Source of the DNA: a virus
Reading direction: 5' to 3' (one strand)
Virus record (IMG/VR): IMGVR_UViG_3300009151_000041
Location: 39,144-103,143 of that record
Length of the DNA: 64,000 nucleotides
Position numbers and translations under genes: made by a program. The notes under the pieces were generated by a model. The model saw nothing but the letters and a program-made list of their open reading frames with translations, made no database searches and was not told the origin of the DNA. Numbering within the stretch: the first letter of the stretch is position 1; the number at the start of each line of letters is the position of its first letter. Positions 54,117-63,999 of this stretch are shown piece after piece.

Positions 54117-56153
54117 TTAGTATACAGGAGTCACAGCAGGCACAGGGGTCACTGCTAAGGTTGCACCAGGAGTGGTGTTGACAATCAATCCTGCCTCTCC
54201 CAGGCACTGATTGTTTTTGCCTTCACGCAAGGCACCCACAATGGCCTGACCGCCAATGATGCTAGTGTTGGCAATTTGCTCAATAAAATATGCAGGACCA
54301 CACGAACTGGTTTGAGTGCCATAGATGGGCAGTTGTTGCACAAAGCTCATTGTGCTGACCCGTTCACCAGCTTGCAAGTTAAAATAATCAATGCCAGCAG
54401 ATGTTTGATAAGTTTTTTCTGTGCTTAACACATTGGCTATAGCGGACCATGCATTATTAAGGATTGTTACATTAGACGCCACTTGAACATTGGCATTGGC
54501 GTAAATATTGGCAATGTTTCCATTTGCTTTGGCAATGTTGGCTACCACATCAGTACCACTGGTTGCAACAGCAATAGCCGCATAAGCTGAATTTATATTG
54601 GTAACATTGGCTGTAGCATTAGCAACCAAAGTTCTAATATTTGCCATAGCAGATGTTGCTATAGCAAGTTGTGCAGTAATGTTGCTGGAATCAATTGCAG
54701 TGCCAATAACATCACAAGTGGTAATAGTTCCGTCAGGTCCTGAACCGGTTGCTATGTTACTAGAAAAATACGAAGCCACCGAAGAATCGATAGCAGTTGT
54801 TTGTGCTTGTATCAGTGGCAGCCCAGACATGGTACTTAATCCGCATCCCGCAGTTGTAGGTAACCAATAATCAGTATCATTGATGCTGGTGCCAACTGGC
54901 ACGTCTTGCTGAGCACGATAAAAAACCGTGTCAGGATTCAACTGTGCCAGGCCATTTACTGCCGGAGCATTGGCCACTAGATTGTTGGCCAAATAAGTTT
55001 TGTTGATGTTCCACGGAGTTCTTGGCAGGGTATTGACTGTTGCAGCCAAGGCAGGCAGTGTTGTATTGGTGATGTTGGTCACTTGCTCAAAAGCCACCTG
55101 CACTGCTTTATTACTTACTGCTTGTGCAGGTGGTATTACTTTGCCTAAATCCTCACAGCCATTTGGTGCCGCCAGATATGCCGACACATTGTCGGCCAAA
55201 CTTATGTTTACACTACTATCAGGACCGTATATCAAAACTGGTCCTTCAGGACTGGGTGTTTGCAATGTGGTATAACTGTTGGGAAATATCATGGCCTGAT
55301 CCAACAAATCAGCCATACTGGTAAGATTTGGTGTGGTCACTCCCAAAATACTCAACACTTGTTGTAGGTCAGTACCAGCCACATTGGTCATGCCTTGGTA
55401 GGCCAAACGTTGCAAACGAAGATATTCGTTTTCTGACACTGTGCTTTGACCTGTCAACAAAGTTTGTATTTCTCCAGACGTTAATCCAGCAGCTAACAAT
55501 GGCGTTTGCACAGGTCCAAATACACCGCCTACCATATTGCCTTCGGCAGCCAACTGACGCAATAAACCAGCAGGTGTGCCATATGATCTAAGATCATTCA
55601 AGTTGGTTAAATTACCTTGATTGGTCAAGTCTGTAGCAAAGTTTCCAAAATCTGGATTCACATCATTGACGCTGTTGGTTGTTAAATTATTCATGTTAGT
55701 GAATGTGGGACCAAGATAGGTCTGAGCATTTACAGCAGAGTTAATATACTGATTGGTAGTGTTGATGTAACCTTGCACTGCCATAAAGCCTTGTGAGAAT
55801 CGACCAACATCGCCGTTACCAAGATAATTGTTTCCAGTCTGTTGAATCAATCCTGAAAACCCTGCAGGCACAGTAGAAACAGAGGTAAGATTGGTAAAGG
55901 CAGCAGGAATACTATCGCCCAATGCAGGAATGGTTGTGTTGCCAATGGTTAGCAATGATGATAGTGTTGTTGCATTGGCAAATAATGCGGCACTGTAGTT
56001 AGCCACAGCAGTAAGAAAATTTGGGATTGGTGATCCAGCATTGAATGATGCGATTGCAGTGGTCAATGCTGCGGGCAGTGGTTTGATGCCAGTATTGTTT
56101 AATAAAGCAGATGCCGCTGTCAACTGCAACGGGGTTAAAATACCTTGTGCCAT
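54117..56153 (-). CDS. putative virion (baseplate/tail-associated) protein
   Basis: Ala/Asn/Thr-rich, 678 aa, coupled to the PAAR gene. Confidence 0.55.
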   Translation of the reverse strand: MAQGILTPLQLTAASALLNNTGIKPLPAALTTAIASFNAGSPIPNFLTAVANYSAALFANATTLSSLLTIGNTTIPALGDSIPAAFTNLTSVSTVPAGFSGLIQQTGNNYLGNGDVGRFSQGFMAVQGYINTTNQYINSAVNAQTYLGPTFTNMNNLTTNSVNDVNPDFGNFATDLTNQGNLTNLNDLRSYGTPAGLLRQLAAEGNMVGGVFGPVQTPLLAAGLTSGEIQTLLTGQSTVSENEYLRLQRLAYQGMTNVAGTDLQQVLSILGVTTPNLTSMADLLDQAMIFPNSYTTLQTPSPEGPVLIYGPDSSVNISLADNVSAYLAAPNGCEDLGKVIPPAQAVSNKAVQVAFEQVTNITNTTLPALAATVNTLPRTPWNINKTYLANNLVANAPAVNGLAQLNPDTVFYRAQQDVPVGTSINDTDYWLPTTAGCGLSTMSGLPLIQAQTTAIDSSVASYFSSNIATGSGPDGTITTCDVIGTAIDSSNITAQLAIATSAMANIRTLVANATANVTNINSAYAAIAVATSGTDVVANIAKANGNIANIYANANVQVASNVTILNNAWSAIANVLSTEKTYQTSAGIDYFNLQAGERVSTMSFVQQLPIYGTQTSSCGPAYFIEQIANTSIIGGQAIVGALREGKNNQCLGEAGLIVNTTPGATLAVTPVPAVTPVY

Positions 56154-56443
56154 TATGCTGCCACCCTCACATCACCTGAACCGCCAGCTCGAGCATGACC
56201 ACAGGTGTCGCCGGCGCCTGTATAAACTACAGGAATGCCACCAGCTCTAACTGTGCCGGACCCACCAGCTGTGACGGCACTGCAATGAATAGGTGGACAA
56301 CCCTTTTGTCCGCAACAGGGATGAGCGCTTACAGAGTTGCCATCTACAATCACTGGGCGACCGTTGACTCGTACTGAACCAACACCACCACTGGCCACAC
56401 CCCCTGCGCCGTCTGCATCACCTACTCGTTGTACTGCTGGCAT
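56153..56443 (-). CDS. PAAR-repeat spike tip protein
   Basis: MPAVQRVGD, VRVNGRP, H..H, DTCGH..GGSGDV. Confidence 0.85.
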   Translation of the reverse strand: MPAVQRVGDADGAGGVASGGVGSVRVNGRPVIVDGNSVSAHPCCGQKGCPPIHCSAVTAGGSGTVRAGGIPVVYTGAGDTCGHARAGGSGDVRVAA

Positions 56444-56444
56444 G

Positions 56445-56738
56445 TTATCCCACTAAGATTCGTTTTTCTGGCACCTTAATGCCTGTGGTTGCTTCAATGT
56501 ACTTCATACGAACTGATTCGTCTGTTAGCGCAGAGATAGCAACACAATTCATATTTAGCCGGGAGTTTTTGTCAGGATCTGCGGTAAACATACTTGGTAC
56601 CAGTCCCATGCCTTGCGGACCAGGAGCCACACTTACAGGGTCTTGTAGCATGGCATAGCCTTCGCCGACTTCTGTAACTTTGGCAATCATTTCCTCGCCT
56701 GAGTTCATTTTGAATGTGTATACTTTTCCTGTTTCCAT
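56445..56738 (-). CDS. Sm-like fold phage protein
   Basis: FKMNSGEEMIAK...YIEATTGI. Confidence 0.6.
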   Translation of the reverse strand: METGKVYTFKMNSGEEMIAKVTEVGEGYAMLQDPVSVAPGPQGMGLVPSMFTADPDKNSRLNMNCVAISALTDESVRMKYIEATTGIKVPEKRILVG

Positions 56739-56968
56739 TATTTACTTTCTGTTAGTTTTGTTCTGAGTTCGGTAAACCCGCCTATCAGTTGATCGTCCAA
56801 GAAGATCTGTGGCACTGAGCGAGCCGTTGGTACTGCTTCTAATAGTTGCTCTCTTGTCCATTCATGCTGAATATTGCGTTCTTCAAACTCAATGTTGCGT
56901 GATTTTAACAACGCTTTGGCTTGGTCGCAGTAAGGGCACTGGTCTTTTGACCATACAATTGCTTTCAT
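56738..56968 (-). CDS. glutaredoxin
   Basis: CPYC, SVPQIF, IGGF. Confidence 0.93.
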   Translation of the reverse strand: MKAIVWSKDQCPYCDQAKALLKSRNIEFEERNIQHEWTREQLLEAVPTARSVPQIFLDDQLIGGFTELRTKLTESK

Positions 56969-57174
56969 TTTATTTTTCCTTTTAGTCTATAAAGTGTGTG
57001 TTCGTGACGATGATTCCAGATACTAATCTCTATTGTATCTCCGGGGCCTGTGATAAACCTAGTGCCACGAACATGCCGACCCCATATCCATCTACCACTG
57101 AGATCGCAACGGCGAGGTATCAATGCAAATGTTTCTTTCCATTCGGCTCGTTTATAATACCACTCATCTATCAT
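56965..57174 (-). CDS. hypothetical protein
   Basis: FALIPRRCDLSGRWIW; coupled on both sides. Confidence 0.55.
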   Translation of the reverse strand: MIDEWYYKRAEWKETFALIPRRCDLSGRWIWGRHVRGTRFITGPGDTIEISIWNHRHEHTLYRLKGKIK

Positions 57175-58271
57175 AAGTTAGGCAGTTCGTCGTAGTCAAT
57201 GGCATCACTCATCACACCAATCACATAGTTGGTTGATTCGTTTTCCTGCAGGGCAGTCTGTTTCTTGCTGGTGTCCACGTGCTTGTTGAACCACGGTATG
57301 GGTGTACTTCGCGGTGCTGGCTCTTGATACTTGATGCCAATTTCTTTGAGTGCGTTTGCGGCTGTGTAGTCCACAAAGTCTTTTAGGATCTGTGCGTTGA
57401 GACCAATCACTGGTCCTTTATTGAACAAGTAGTCGGCCCATTCTTTTTCTTCACGGATCACATCCAAATACAGTTGATACACTTCAGCTTCGCATTCAGC
57501 CTTGGCTTGAGCAAAGCGAGAATCTTCTTTCACCACTTGATTGATAATCCACCCCGTCCATTCTTTGTGCAGAATTTCGTCTTGCAGGATCAACTGAATG
57601 ATATTGCCGTTGCCGATAAAGATCTTGTTCTCCACCATGGCCAAGCTGGTGGCAAATGATACCATGAAGCGGAATGCTTCCAATGCATAACTGGCATTGA
57701 GTGCCATCCAAATGGCTTTGACATGAGCATACTCTTTAACAGGAACTTCCAGTTCCTTTTCGCAATTGACCATGTGCAAGTGATCGTAATACCGGCCCAC
57801 ACTAGAAGCCATGTCCACTATCTCTTTGGTATCGTGGATGGTGTTAAACACATCCTTGGGCACATTGTAGATGTTGCGAATGATATGGCTGTAACTGCGC
57901 GAATGAATGTTGGTTTCAAAGAAACTCCAGTTGTACATTAACGCTTCCAGCTCAGGTATGCCCACAACAGGAGTAAACACTTGCGCTGGACCGCGGCCTT
58001 GTAAACTATCCAATGCTGTTTGACGCAACAGGTTGGATGTAAAGATGTGCTTGACTGTGTCTGATGCTTCTTTGAAGTCATTGGCATCTTTGGTCAATGA
58101 AATTTCTTCTGGTACCCAGAAGAATCCGCGAGCCTCTTGTTCGTACTTGACCAGCTTGTTGTATTTTACTTCCTCAAAACGCTGAATGGTCACAGGACCA
58201 GCAGGATCCAAAAACATCTTGCGATGTAGATAGTCTGTTTTGGTGGAGAGATTGTATTGTGCTTGGCTCAT
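57171..58271 (-). CDS. nrdB: ribonucleotide reductase class Ia beta subunit
   Basis: FFWVPEE, LDSLQ, ETNIHSRSY, LEAFRF, DEILH, QE.E...Y. Confidence 0.95.
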   Translation of the reverse strand: MSQAQYNLSTKTDYLHRKMFLDPAGPVTIQRFEEVKYNKLVKYEQEARGFFWVPEEISLTKDANDFKEASDTVKHIFTSNLLRQTALDSLQGRGPAQVFTPVVGIPELEALMYNWSFFETNIHSRSYSHIIRNIYNVPKDVFNTIHDTKEIVDMASSVGRYYDHLHMVNCEKELEVPVKEYAHVKAIWMALNASYALEAFRFMVSFATSLAMVENKIFIGNGNIIQLILQDEILHKEWTGWIINQVVKEDSRFAQAKAECEAEVYQLYLDVIREEKEWADYLFNKGPVIGLNAQILKDFVDYTAANALKEIGIKYQEPAPRSTPIPWFNKHVDTSKKQTALQENESTNYVIGVMSDAIDYDELPNL

Positions 58272-58272
58272 T

Positions 58273-59139
58273 TTATATCCTTATAGAGTATTTGTCTTGT
58301 TCCCATGCCTGTTGGTACAAGTTTCTTAGTTGCTGTTGTAGTGCAGTTTCCAAAAAATGTTTGTTATCAATTGATGCAATAGATATTACACCACCGGCAG
58401 CCGTAGTTGCAAAAGCGTCATCTGCTATGTTCAATAATTCTTCGTTGATATCGCAGTATTGAAAATCTATGCCATGCTCTTGACATAATGTGTTTATCAT
58501 CTTCATAGTGATTCCTGACAGTCGATTACTAGCAGGAGACAACACACATCCATCTTTTATAATTGCTACACTAAACTGTGGTCCTTCGGTAAGCAGGTCA
58601 TTGTGATCCAACAAAATAGGATTGTCAAATCCACGCATGGTCGATTCAAGCTGTGCCATAGTAAAATCTTGTCTAGCAAAATTTTTGTAAGACTGATTGA
58701 TTGATGTATCTGGAATGCGGCGAACTTTTCTAGCAATGCATAACTTCATGTCTCGGTCTGGTTTGACTGATTCATACGGCCCTGTTCCTATCATTAAATG
58801 AGGTTGTGTTTTTATAACATCACGTATGTCATATGACGAAGGTTCTCCTCGAGTGGCAATTATCCACACATGAATATCTTGTGTGGCATGAGTGTTGATT
58901 TCTTTTATAATGCCAACGAGTTCATCAGCTGTGTGTTTTACATTGATGTAGTAATATTTGCAACCTTGTAAAAAACGATTGATATGTTGATCAATTGCTA
59001 AGGCTCGATTATTTTTAATACTGATTACATCATAAACGCCGTAAGAACGTAGCAGTCCAAAATCTTGAACATTGATTTTTAAATCGCCAACTTGGCAAAA
59101 TTTACCATTGTGCCAAGCAGGAAAATCTTTTTTGTTCAT
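58273..59139 (-). CDS. PLP-dependent aminotransferase class IV
   Basis: DFGLLRSYGVYD, HINRF, YKN, LTEGPQFS, LSGIT, TTAAGG. Confidence 0.82.
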   Translation of the reverse strand: MNKKDFPAWHNGKFCQVGDLKINVQDFGLLRSYGVYDVISIKNNRALAIDQHINRFLQGCKYYYINVKHTADELVGIIKEINTHATQDIHVWIIATRGEPSSYDIRDVIKTQPHLMIGTGPYESVKPDRDMKLCIARKVRRIPDTSINQSYKNFARQDFTMAQLESTMRGFDNPILLDHNDLLTEGPQFSVAIIKDGCVLSPASNRLSGITMKMINTLCQEHGIDFQYCDINEELLNIADDAFATTAAGGVISIASIDNKHFLETALQQQLRNLYQQAWEQDKYSIRI

Positions 59140-59152
59140 GACCGATATCCTA

Positions 59153-59803
59153 TTAGATTTTTCCTGATGCAAGAACTATTTTGCAAATATGTTCTAATCT
59201 TTCAATATGTTCATAAGCACGCCATGGTGTGACATCAATTGCTACCACTCCGTGCCCTTTGATGCCCACTATGTCGTAGGCAATATTACCACGGTCATCC
59301 AACTTCAGTTGACGATGACACTGATCAGCAAGCTCTTGGCTGATTGGTTTCACATCACCTACATTGGGTGCTACCCGAGTGTAGCGATTGAGTTCTGGAA
59401 ACGCATCGCTAATAGTACTTAGATCAATGCCAGCATGCATGGCTGCAATGCAATAGGTTGGATGTACATGAACAACAACTCTAACCTCGTTTGAGTGCTG
59501 CCCCATTTCTTTTTGTAGACCAAAGTGCAATGGTAGTTCTCCGCTGGGCTTGAGATTGGCACTAATGTCAGTGTAGTGTTCTTCTTGCCAGGATCTAGTT
59601 AGAAAAGGTGGAGTAGCACTGATGCTGTCAATCAATCCAATCTTTTTAAACTGATCTGGCTGTAGTGTTTGCTTGCGCACACCCGACGGTGTGATATAAA
59701 AATGATCACGATCGTGGTGACGAATAGAAATGTTGCCATCTCTGCTGGTTATCCAATTGCGTTTGTACGCATCTACCAATATATCACAACAGGTTTCTAA
59801 CAT
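59153..59803 (-). CDS. class II aldolase/adducin family protein
   Basis: DGNISIR, ITPSG, PSGELPLH, VHVHP, GHGV. Confidence 0.88.
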   Translation of the reverse strand: MLETCCDILVDAYKRNWITSRDGNISIRHHDRDHFYITPSGVRKQTLQPDQFKKIGLIDSISATPPFLTRSWQEEHYTDISANLKPSGELPLHFGLQKEMGQHSNEVRVVVHVHPTYCIAAMHAGIDLSTISDAFPELNRYTRVAPNVGDVKPISQELADQCHRQLKLDDRGNIAYDIVGIKGHGVVAIDVTPWRAYEHIERLEHICKIVLASGKI

Positions 59804-59804
59804 G

Positions 59805-60002
59805 TTAATTGTTCCAGTGTCTTATTGTGTTTGCTATGATAAACCCACAGGTCACAACGTGTATTATAACCCAAAAGGTCTTGAAGAACAAGGCCAATCG
59901 AGCTTCCTTCAAAGTTAAAATGGGCACATCAGGACGGTCGTCATCTGTGTGCCCCATTAAGTGGCCTGTGGCTCGTGCCCAGATTTTTTCTATACTGTTC
60001 AA
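59805..60002 (-). CDS. small membrane protein
   Basis: IWARATG...IIANTIRHW. Confidence 0.6.
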   Translation of the reverse strand: MNSIEKIWARATGHLMGHTDDDRPDVPILTLKEARLALFFKTFWVIIHVVTCGFIIANTIRHWNN

Positions 60003-62320
60003 AGTTTACAACTTTCACAGTCTTCTTCAAGATCAAAATCAATCTCCGGCATGGCTGCAGGTGCATCTTCTTTGATCATTTTACTGCCGGCTTTGTTGAT
60101 AAGGCTGTAGTAGAATGTCTTGAGTCCCCAATGATGTGCTTGCATTAGGTTGCGAGCAATCAGTGTGGTAGGCACCTTGCGATCAGGCCAGTGCGCTGGA
60201 TTGTAGAATGTGTTGGTAGAAATTGACTGATCAATATAAGCAGCCAACACACACGCGGTCTTCAAATAGCCAATGCAGTCTTTTTGTGCCCACATCAATT
60301 GATACCGGTTCTTCAACCGGTGATATTCAGGCACTACTTGCGTGAGACTGCCGGCTTTGGATTCTTTCACAGTGATTAGGCTCATGGGCATCTCAATGCC
60401 ATTGGTTGAGTTGATCACTACAGAACTTGATTCAACAGGAGCCACTGCCATTAATGTGGCATTACGTACTCCGTGAGTTTTCATGAGTTCACGCAGGGGT
60501 TCCCAGTCTAGTTCTGGTGCAAAATTCGCAAGTTCATTAACCCCAGCAGCTCTTCGTTCCCATGGAAATATGCCTTTACCATACCAGGTACGGTGAGAAT
60601 CTTTGCAAGGACCACGCTCCTTGGCCAGCTCAACAGTGGCTTCGGTCAAGTAGTAGGCTTGGTGTTCGATCCACGTCTTGACTTCAGCCAAGGCGTCTGA
60701 TTCACCGTATTGGAGGCTGCGCTTGGCATGCCAGTAGGCAAGGTTGGTGATTCCAATACCCAGGGGCTGGATCTCATCATTTGAAAGTTTAGACTGGATG
60801 GAGAGAAAGTCTTGATAGTCAAGAATGTTGCACAGGCTACGCTGCAATATACGGCAAGCACGGCGCATGTCTTCTGGATTACGGAATGCACCCCAATTGA
60901 TTGAGCCCAAGGTGCATAGTGCAATACGACCATCGCTGTCATCCAGACGTTTAAAGGGTTTAGTAGGAAGAAGAATTTCACAGCAAAGGTTACTCTGGTA
61001 AATGGTGTGATACTCAGGATCAAATGGTCCCTGGTTCATCACGTTGTCAATAAACACTAGATAGATACGACCAGTGTCTGTTCGTTCCTTGAGTATGCCT
61101 GATTTGAATACTTCTTCAGCAGACATAACTTTCTTCCGGAGGTCAGATCTAGCTTCATATTTGACATACAGATCTTCAAAAAGTGCAGTGTTGGAGTAGA
61201 ATGCCTCGTATAGTTCCGGTACTTGGTTAGGGTCAAAGAACGTGATGTTTTGTTTGTGTTTAAATCTACGCCAGAAAAAAGCACTAAGCACCACCCCATA
61301 GTCCATGTGTCGGACACGGGTTTCTTCGGTTCCTTGATTGTTCTTGAGCACAATAAGATCATCGAATTGAAGATGCCAGATGGGATAAAAAACAGTGGCA
61401 CTTGCATTACGGATACCTCCTTGTGAACATGAGCGCAGATCACCAAACCACTTCTTTAGGAACGGAATCATACCTGTGTGCATGATTTCGCCACCACGGA
61501 TGGGCGAGCCTAGTGGACGCAGTCGTCCAATCTCCAGGCCAATACCAGCACGTTTGCTGGCATACTTGGCCATCATTTCGCCCGAAGCGAATATACTATC
61601 AAGATCGTCATCACTGCGAATGAGAACGCAACTTGAAAATTGTTTAGTAGGAGTCCCCAACCCAGCCAACACAGGAGTAGCCAAAGTAAAAAGACCATCA
61701 CTGGCCGCATTGTAATATTCTTTGATATAACGCATCCTAGCTGTGTTAGGCTCTTCCTTATGGAACACTGTGGCTGCGGCAACCATGTATCTAACTTGCG
61801 GAGTTTCATATGTTTTTCCTGTTGAACGATTTTTAACAAGATACTTTTCAATCAACTGCTCAATGGCAGCATAGGAATACTGTTCATCCTTGGCATGGTC
61901 AATCATGCCTTGCATGCGGTTCCAGTCGTCCTCTGAATACCATTCCAACAGTTCAGGAGTGTACAAACCTGTAGCCACATTTGTTTTCACAATATCATAC
62001 AGGTGGGGAGGATCGTATGAACCGTATACGTCTTTGCGCAACATTGACAGTCGTTGTTTACCTGCCACATGCTGATAGTTGGTGTGTCCAACATCAGGAT
62101 TTTGTTCCACATCAATCAAGTCCACAATGGCTCTTAATGTTATGCCATCAATTTCTTTGGTGGTAATTCCATCGTAAAAATGTAGCTGTGTGCGTATCTC
62201 TATCATGCTCTGACTTACGTCTGCTATGCCTGCACACACTTTGGCAATTTGAGTTTGCCATTTTTCCAATGCTAATGACTCGCGCTGTCCACTGCGTTTG
62301 ACAACTGTTATATTTTTCAT
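59999..62320 (-). CDS. nrdA: ribonucleotide reductase class Ia alpha subunit
   Basis: ATP cone VVKRSG, SSCVL, QGGIR, SNLCCEI, LKTFYY, C-terminal CESCKL. Confidence 0.96.
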   Translation of the reverse strand: MKNITVVKRSGQRESLALEKWQTQIAKVCAGIADVSQSMIEIRTQLHFYDGITTKEIDGITLRAIVDLIDVEQNPDVGHTNYQHVAGKQRLSMLRKDVYGSYDPPHLYDIVKTNVATGLYTPELLEWYSEDDWNRMQGMIDHAKDEQYSYAAIEQLIEKYLVKNRSTGKTYETPQVRYMVAAATVFHKEEPNTARMRYIKEYYNAASDGLFTLATPVLAGLGTPTKQFSSCVLIRSDDDLDSIFASGEMMAKYASKRAGIGLEIGRLRPLGSPIRGGEIMHTGMIPFLKKWFGDLRSCSQGGIRNASATVFYPIWHLQFDDLIVLKNNQGTEETRVRHMDYGVVLSAFFWRRFKHKQNITFFDPNQVPELYEAFYSNTALFEDLYVKYEARSDLRKKVMSAEEVFKSGILKERTDTGRIYLVFIDNVMNQGPFDPEYHTIYQSNLCCEILLPTKPFKRLDDSDGRIALCTLGSINWGAFRNPEDMRRACRILQRSLCNILDYQDFLSIQSKLSNDEIQPLGIGITNLAYWHAKRSLQYGESDALAEVKTWIEHQAYYLTEATVELAKERGPCKDSHRTWYGKGIFPWERRAAGVNELANFAPELDWEPLRELMKTHGVRNATLMAVAPVESSSVVINSTNGIEMPMSLITVKESKAGSLTQVVPEYHRLKNRYQLMWAQKDCIGYLKTACVLAAYIDQSISTNTFYNPAHWPDRKVPTTLIARNLMQAHHWGLKTFYYSLINKAGSKMIKEDAPAAMPEIDFDLEEDCESCKL

Positions 62321-62326
62321 TTTTCG

Positions 62327-62752
62327 CTACTTTATTTGTGTTTTTATTTGTTCTTGACTGAGCCGGTGCCGAGGATTAACCGGCGTTAGATTGATATTTA
62401 ACAGCTGATCTCTGTCCCAATTCAGTATATATTTCTTTTGTTCCACTAGGACTAAATTGTCACTGCCTGTGTCTATTAATTCAGCATCTTGCATGTCTGC
62501 ACGATCCAGCAGAGCTATAGTATACAACATTCCCAGCCCTCTTGCAAGTCCACAGAATAAATTGTCATCTAACAATTGCCAAGGATCAGGCCAACTGGGT
62601 TGATCATCCCAGTGCAAATGGTAAGCACGCCAAGGGGTGTCAAACCACCAGGCATTTATAGCGTGTAAACATTGGTCTGCAGGCATGGCAGCAACTGCCA
62701 CACGCAGTTGATTCCAACTGGCCAATCTGGCATCAAAGGTGCGGGCCCACAT
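62327..62752 (-). CDS. conserved phage protein (WPDPWQL motif)
   Basis: Coupled to the upstream structural gene. Confidence 0.6.
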   Translation of the reverse strand: MWARTFDARLASWNQLRVAVAAMPADQCLHAINAWWFDTPWRAYHLHWDDQPSWPDPWQLLDDNLFCGLARGLGMLYTIALLDRADMQDAELIDTGSDNLVLVEQKKYILNWDRDQLLNINLTPVNPRHRLSQEQIKTQIK

Positions 62753-63999
62753 TAGGCTAGATAGGTGACTGAATAGCTTAAGGTACCGGTGACTGTATTG
62801 GTTGTAACATATTTCCAGGACACAACACTGGAACTTTCTGTAACAGAAAATGTCACGCCTGGTGAAGAATTTTGCACTCCGGTATCACTGCCTTGTAGGT
62901 CGGTGCCTGATGCATCTGTACCACGCACAATGGTATACACACCAGTTCTAACAGTGGTGTCACGAACTATGGTATAGTTGATTTGCACCGCGGCAACTGT
63001 GACAGCATCAAATGTGGTTATTACAGCAGCCGTTGACACGTTGTTTACCAAAGTAAACGAAACACCTGACTCACGTTTGTATGTGCCTTGTTGCAAGCGA
63101 TAACCATTTTCCATGGCAATACTGGCAGTGTTGTTCAATTTAATTCTAGGATAGGTAGCCGATTGTGCTGTGGTTCTTTCAAACATGTCGCCTAGGCACA
63201 CGTTGTTGTCGGTATCAATGTCAATGATTGCGCTTGCGGCCAATGCGGCGCCATTGAAGTGATTGCCCACATCATAGAACACATTGTTGGTGGTGGTGTT
63301 CAAGCTCACACCATCAATTACAACACCTTCAACATAGATGTTGTCAAACATGTTGCTGATCAATCTCACACCTGTTGGGCCGCCGTTAACTGGTGTTAGA
63401 CCGCCCAGATACACGCCCTGATACAAGGTATTAAACTTACAATTGCTTATTGTAATACCTTCAATTTGTTGGGCGGTATTGGTACCGTATGTGAATCCTG
63501 CAAAACTGCAATTATCAAAATTGATATGATTGTTAACCAATGCACTGGTACTGGCCCAGTTCACTGCTGTGCTGTTATCAGTAGACGAAGTTAATGTGCT
63601 TGTGGTCAACGGACCTTGAATAGTCACATTGGTAAATGCACAATCATGCGCACGTTCCATTAGTAATCCATTCATGGATTGGTCAGTAATCATACGCATG
63701 TTAGAAACCAAAATATTTTGTGGTTCAAGCGGGCTTACGATGTTAACGCCTGTTTGTTGTGTGCTGCTGGCTGTTTGCATTATGTAATTTGGCAAGCTGC
63801 TGGCTGCTCCGTTGGATATGTTGCCCCAATAGTACTGACCTTCAATGACGGCATTTAATGCAGTTCCGGTAGGCACTGCAAAGTTTGATCTAAAATATTG
63901 TGTAACTGTTCCTGTTCCAGATCCTGCTCCTGTTGCAGTGAAAGTTACTCCGGGAGTATTTGATGATGCACCTATCAAAGTAAAATCAGTGGTACCAAG
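62752..63999 (-). CDS. tail/virion protein with beta-helix region, partial
   Basis: Frame stays open to the right edge (LGTTDFTLIGASSNTPGVTFTATGAGSGTG); Asn/Thr-rich parallel beta-helix-like repeats. Confidence 0.65.
   Translation of the reverse strand, partial: LGTTDFTLIGASSNTPGVTFTATGAGSGTGTVTQYFRSNFAVPTGTALNAVIEGQYYWGNISNGAASSLPNYIMQTASSTQQTGVNIVSPLEPQNILVSNMRMITDQSMNGLLMERAHDCAFTNVTIQGPLTTSTLTSSTDNSTAVNWASTSALVNNHINFDNCSFAGFTYGTNTAQQIEGITISNCKFNTLYQGVYLGGLTPVNGGPTGVRLISNMFDNIYVEGVVIDGVSLNTTTNNVFYDVGNHFNGAALAASAIIDIDTDNNVCLGDMFERTTAQSATYPRIKLNNTASIAMENGYRLQQGTYKRESGVSFTLVNNVSTAAVITTFDAVTVAAVQINYTIVRDTTVRTGVYTIVRGTDASGTDLQGSDTGVQNSSPGVTFSVTESSSVVSWKYVTTNTVTGTLSYSVTYLA

Noticed and set aside
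57171-62320. Introns, inteins or homing endonucleases in nrdAB
   Set aside because: Both subunits are uninterrupted and of normal class Ia length.
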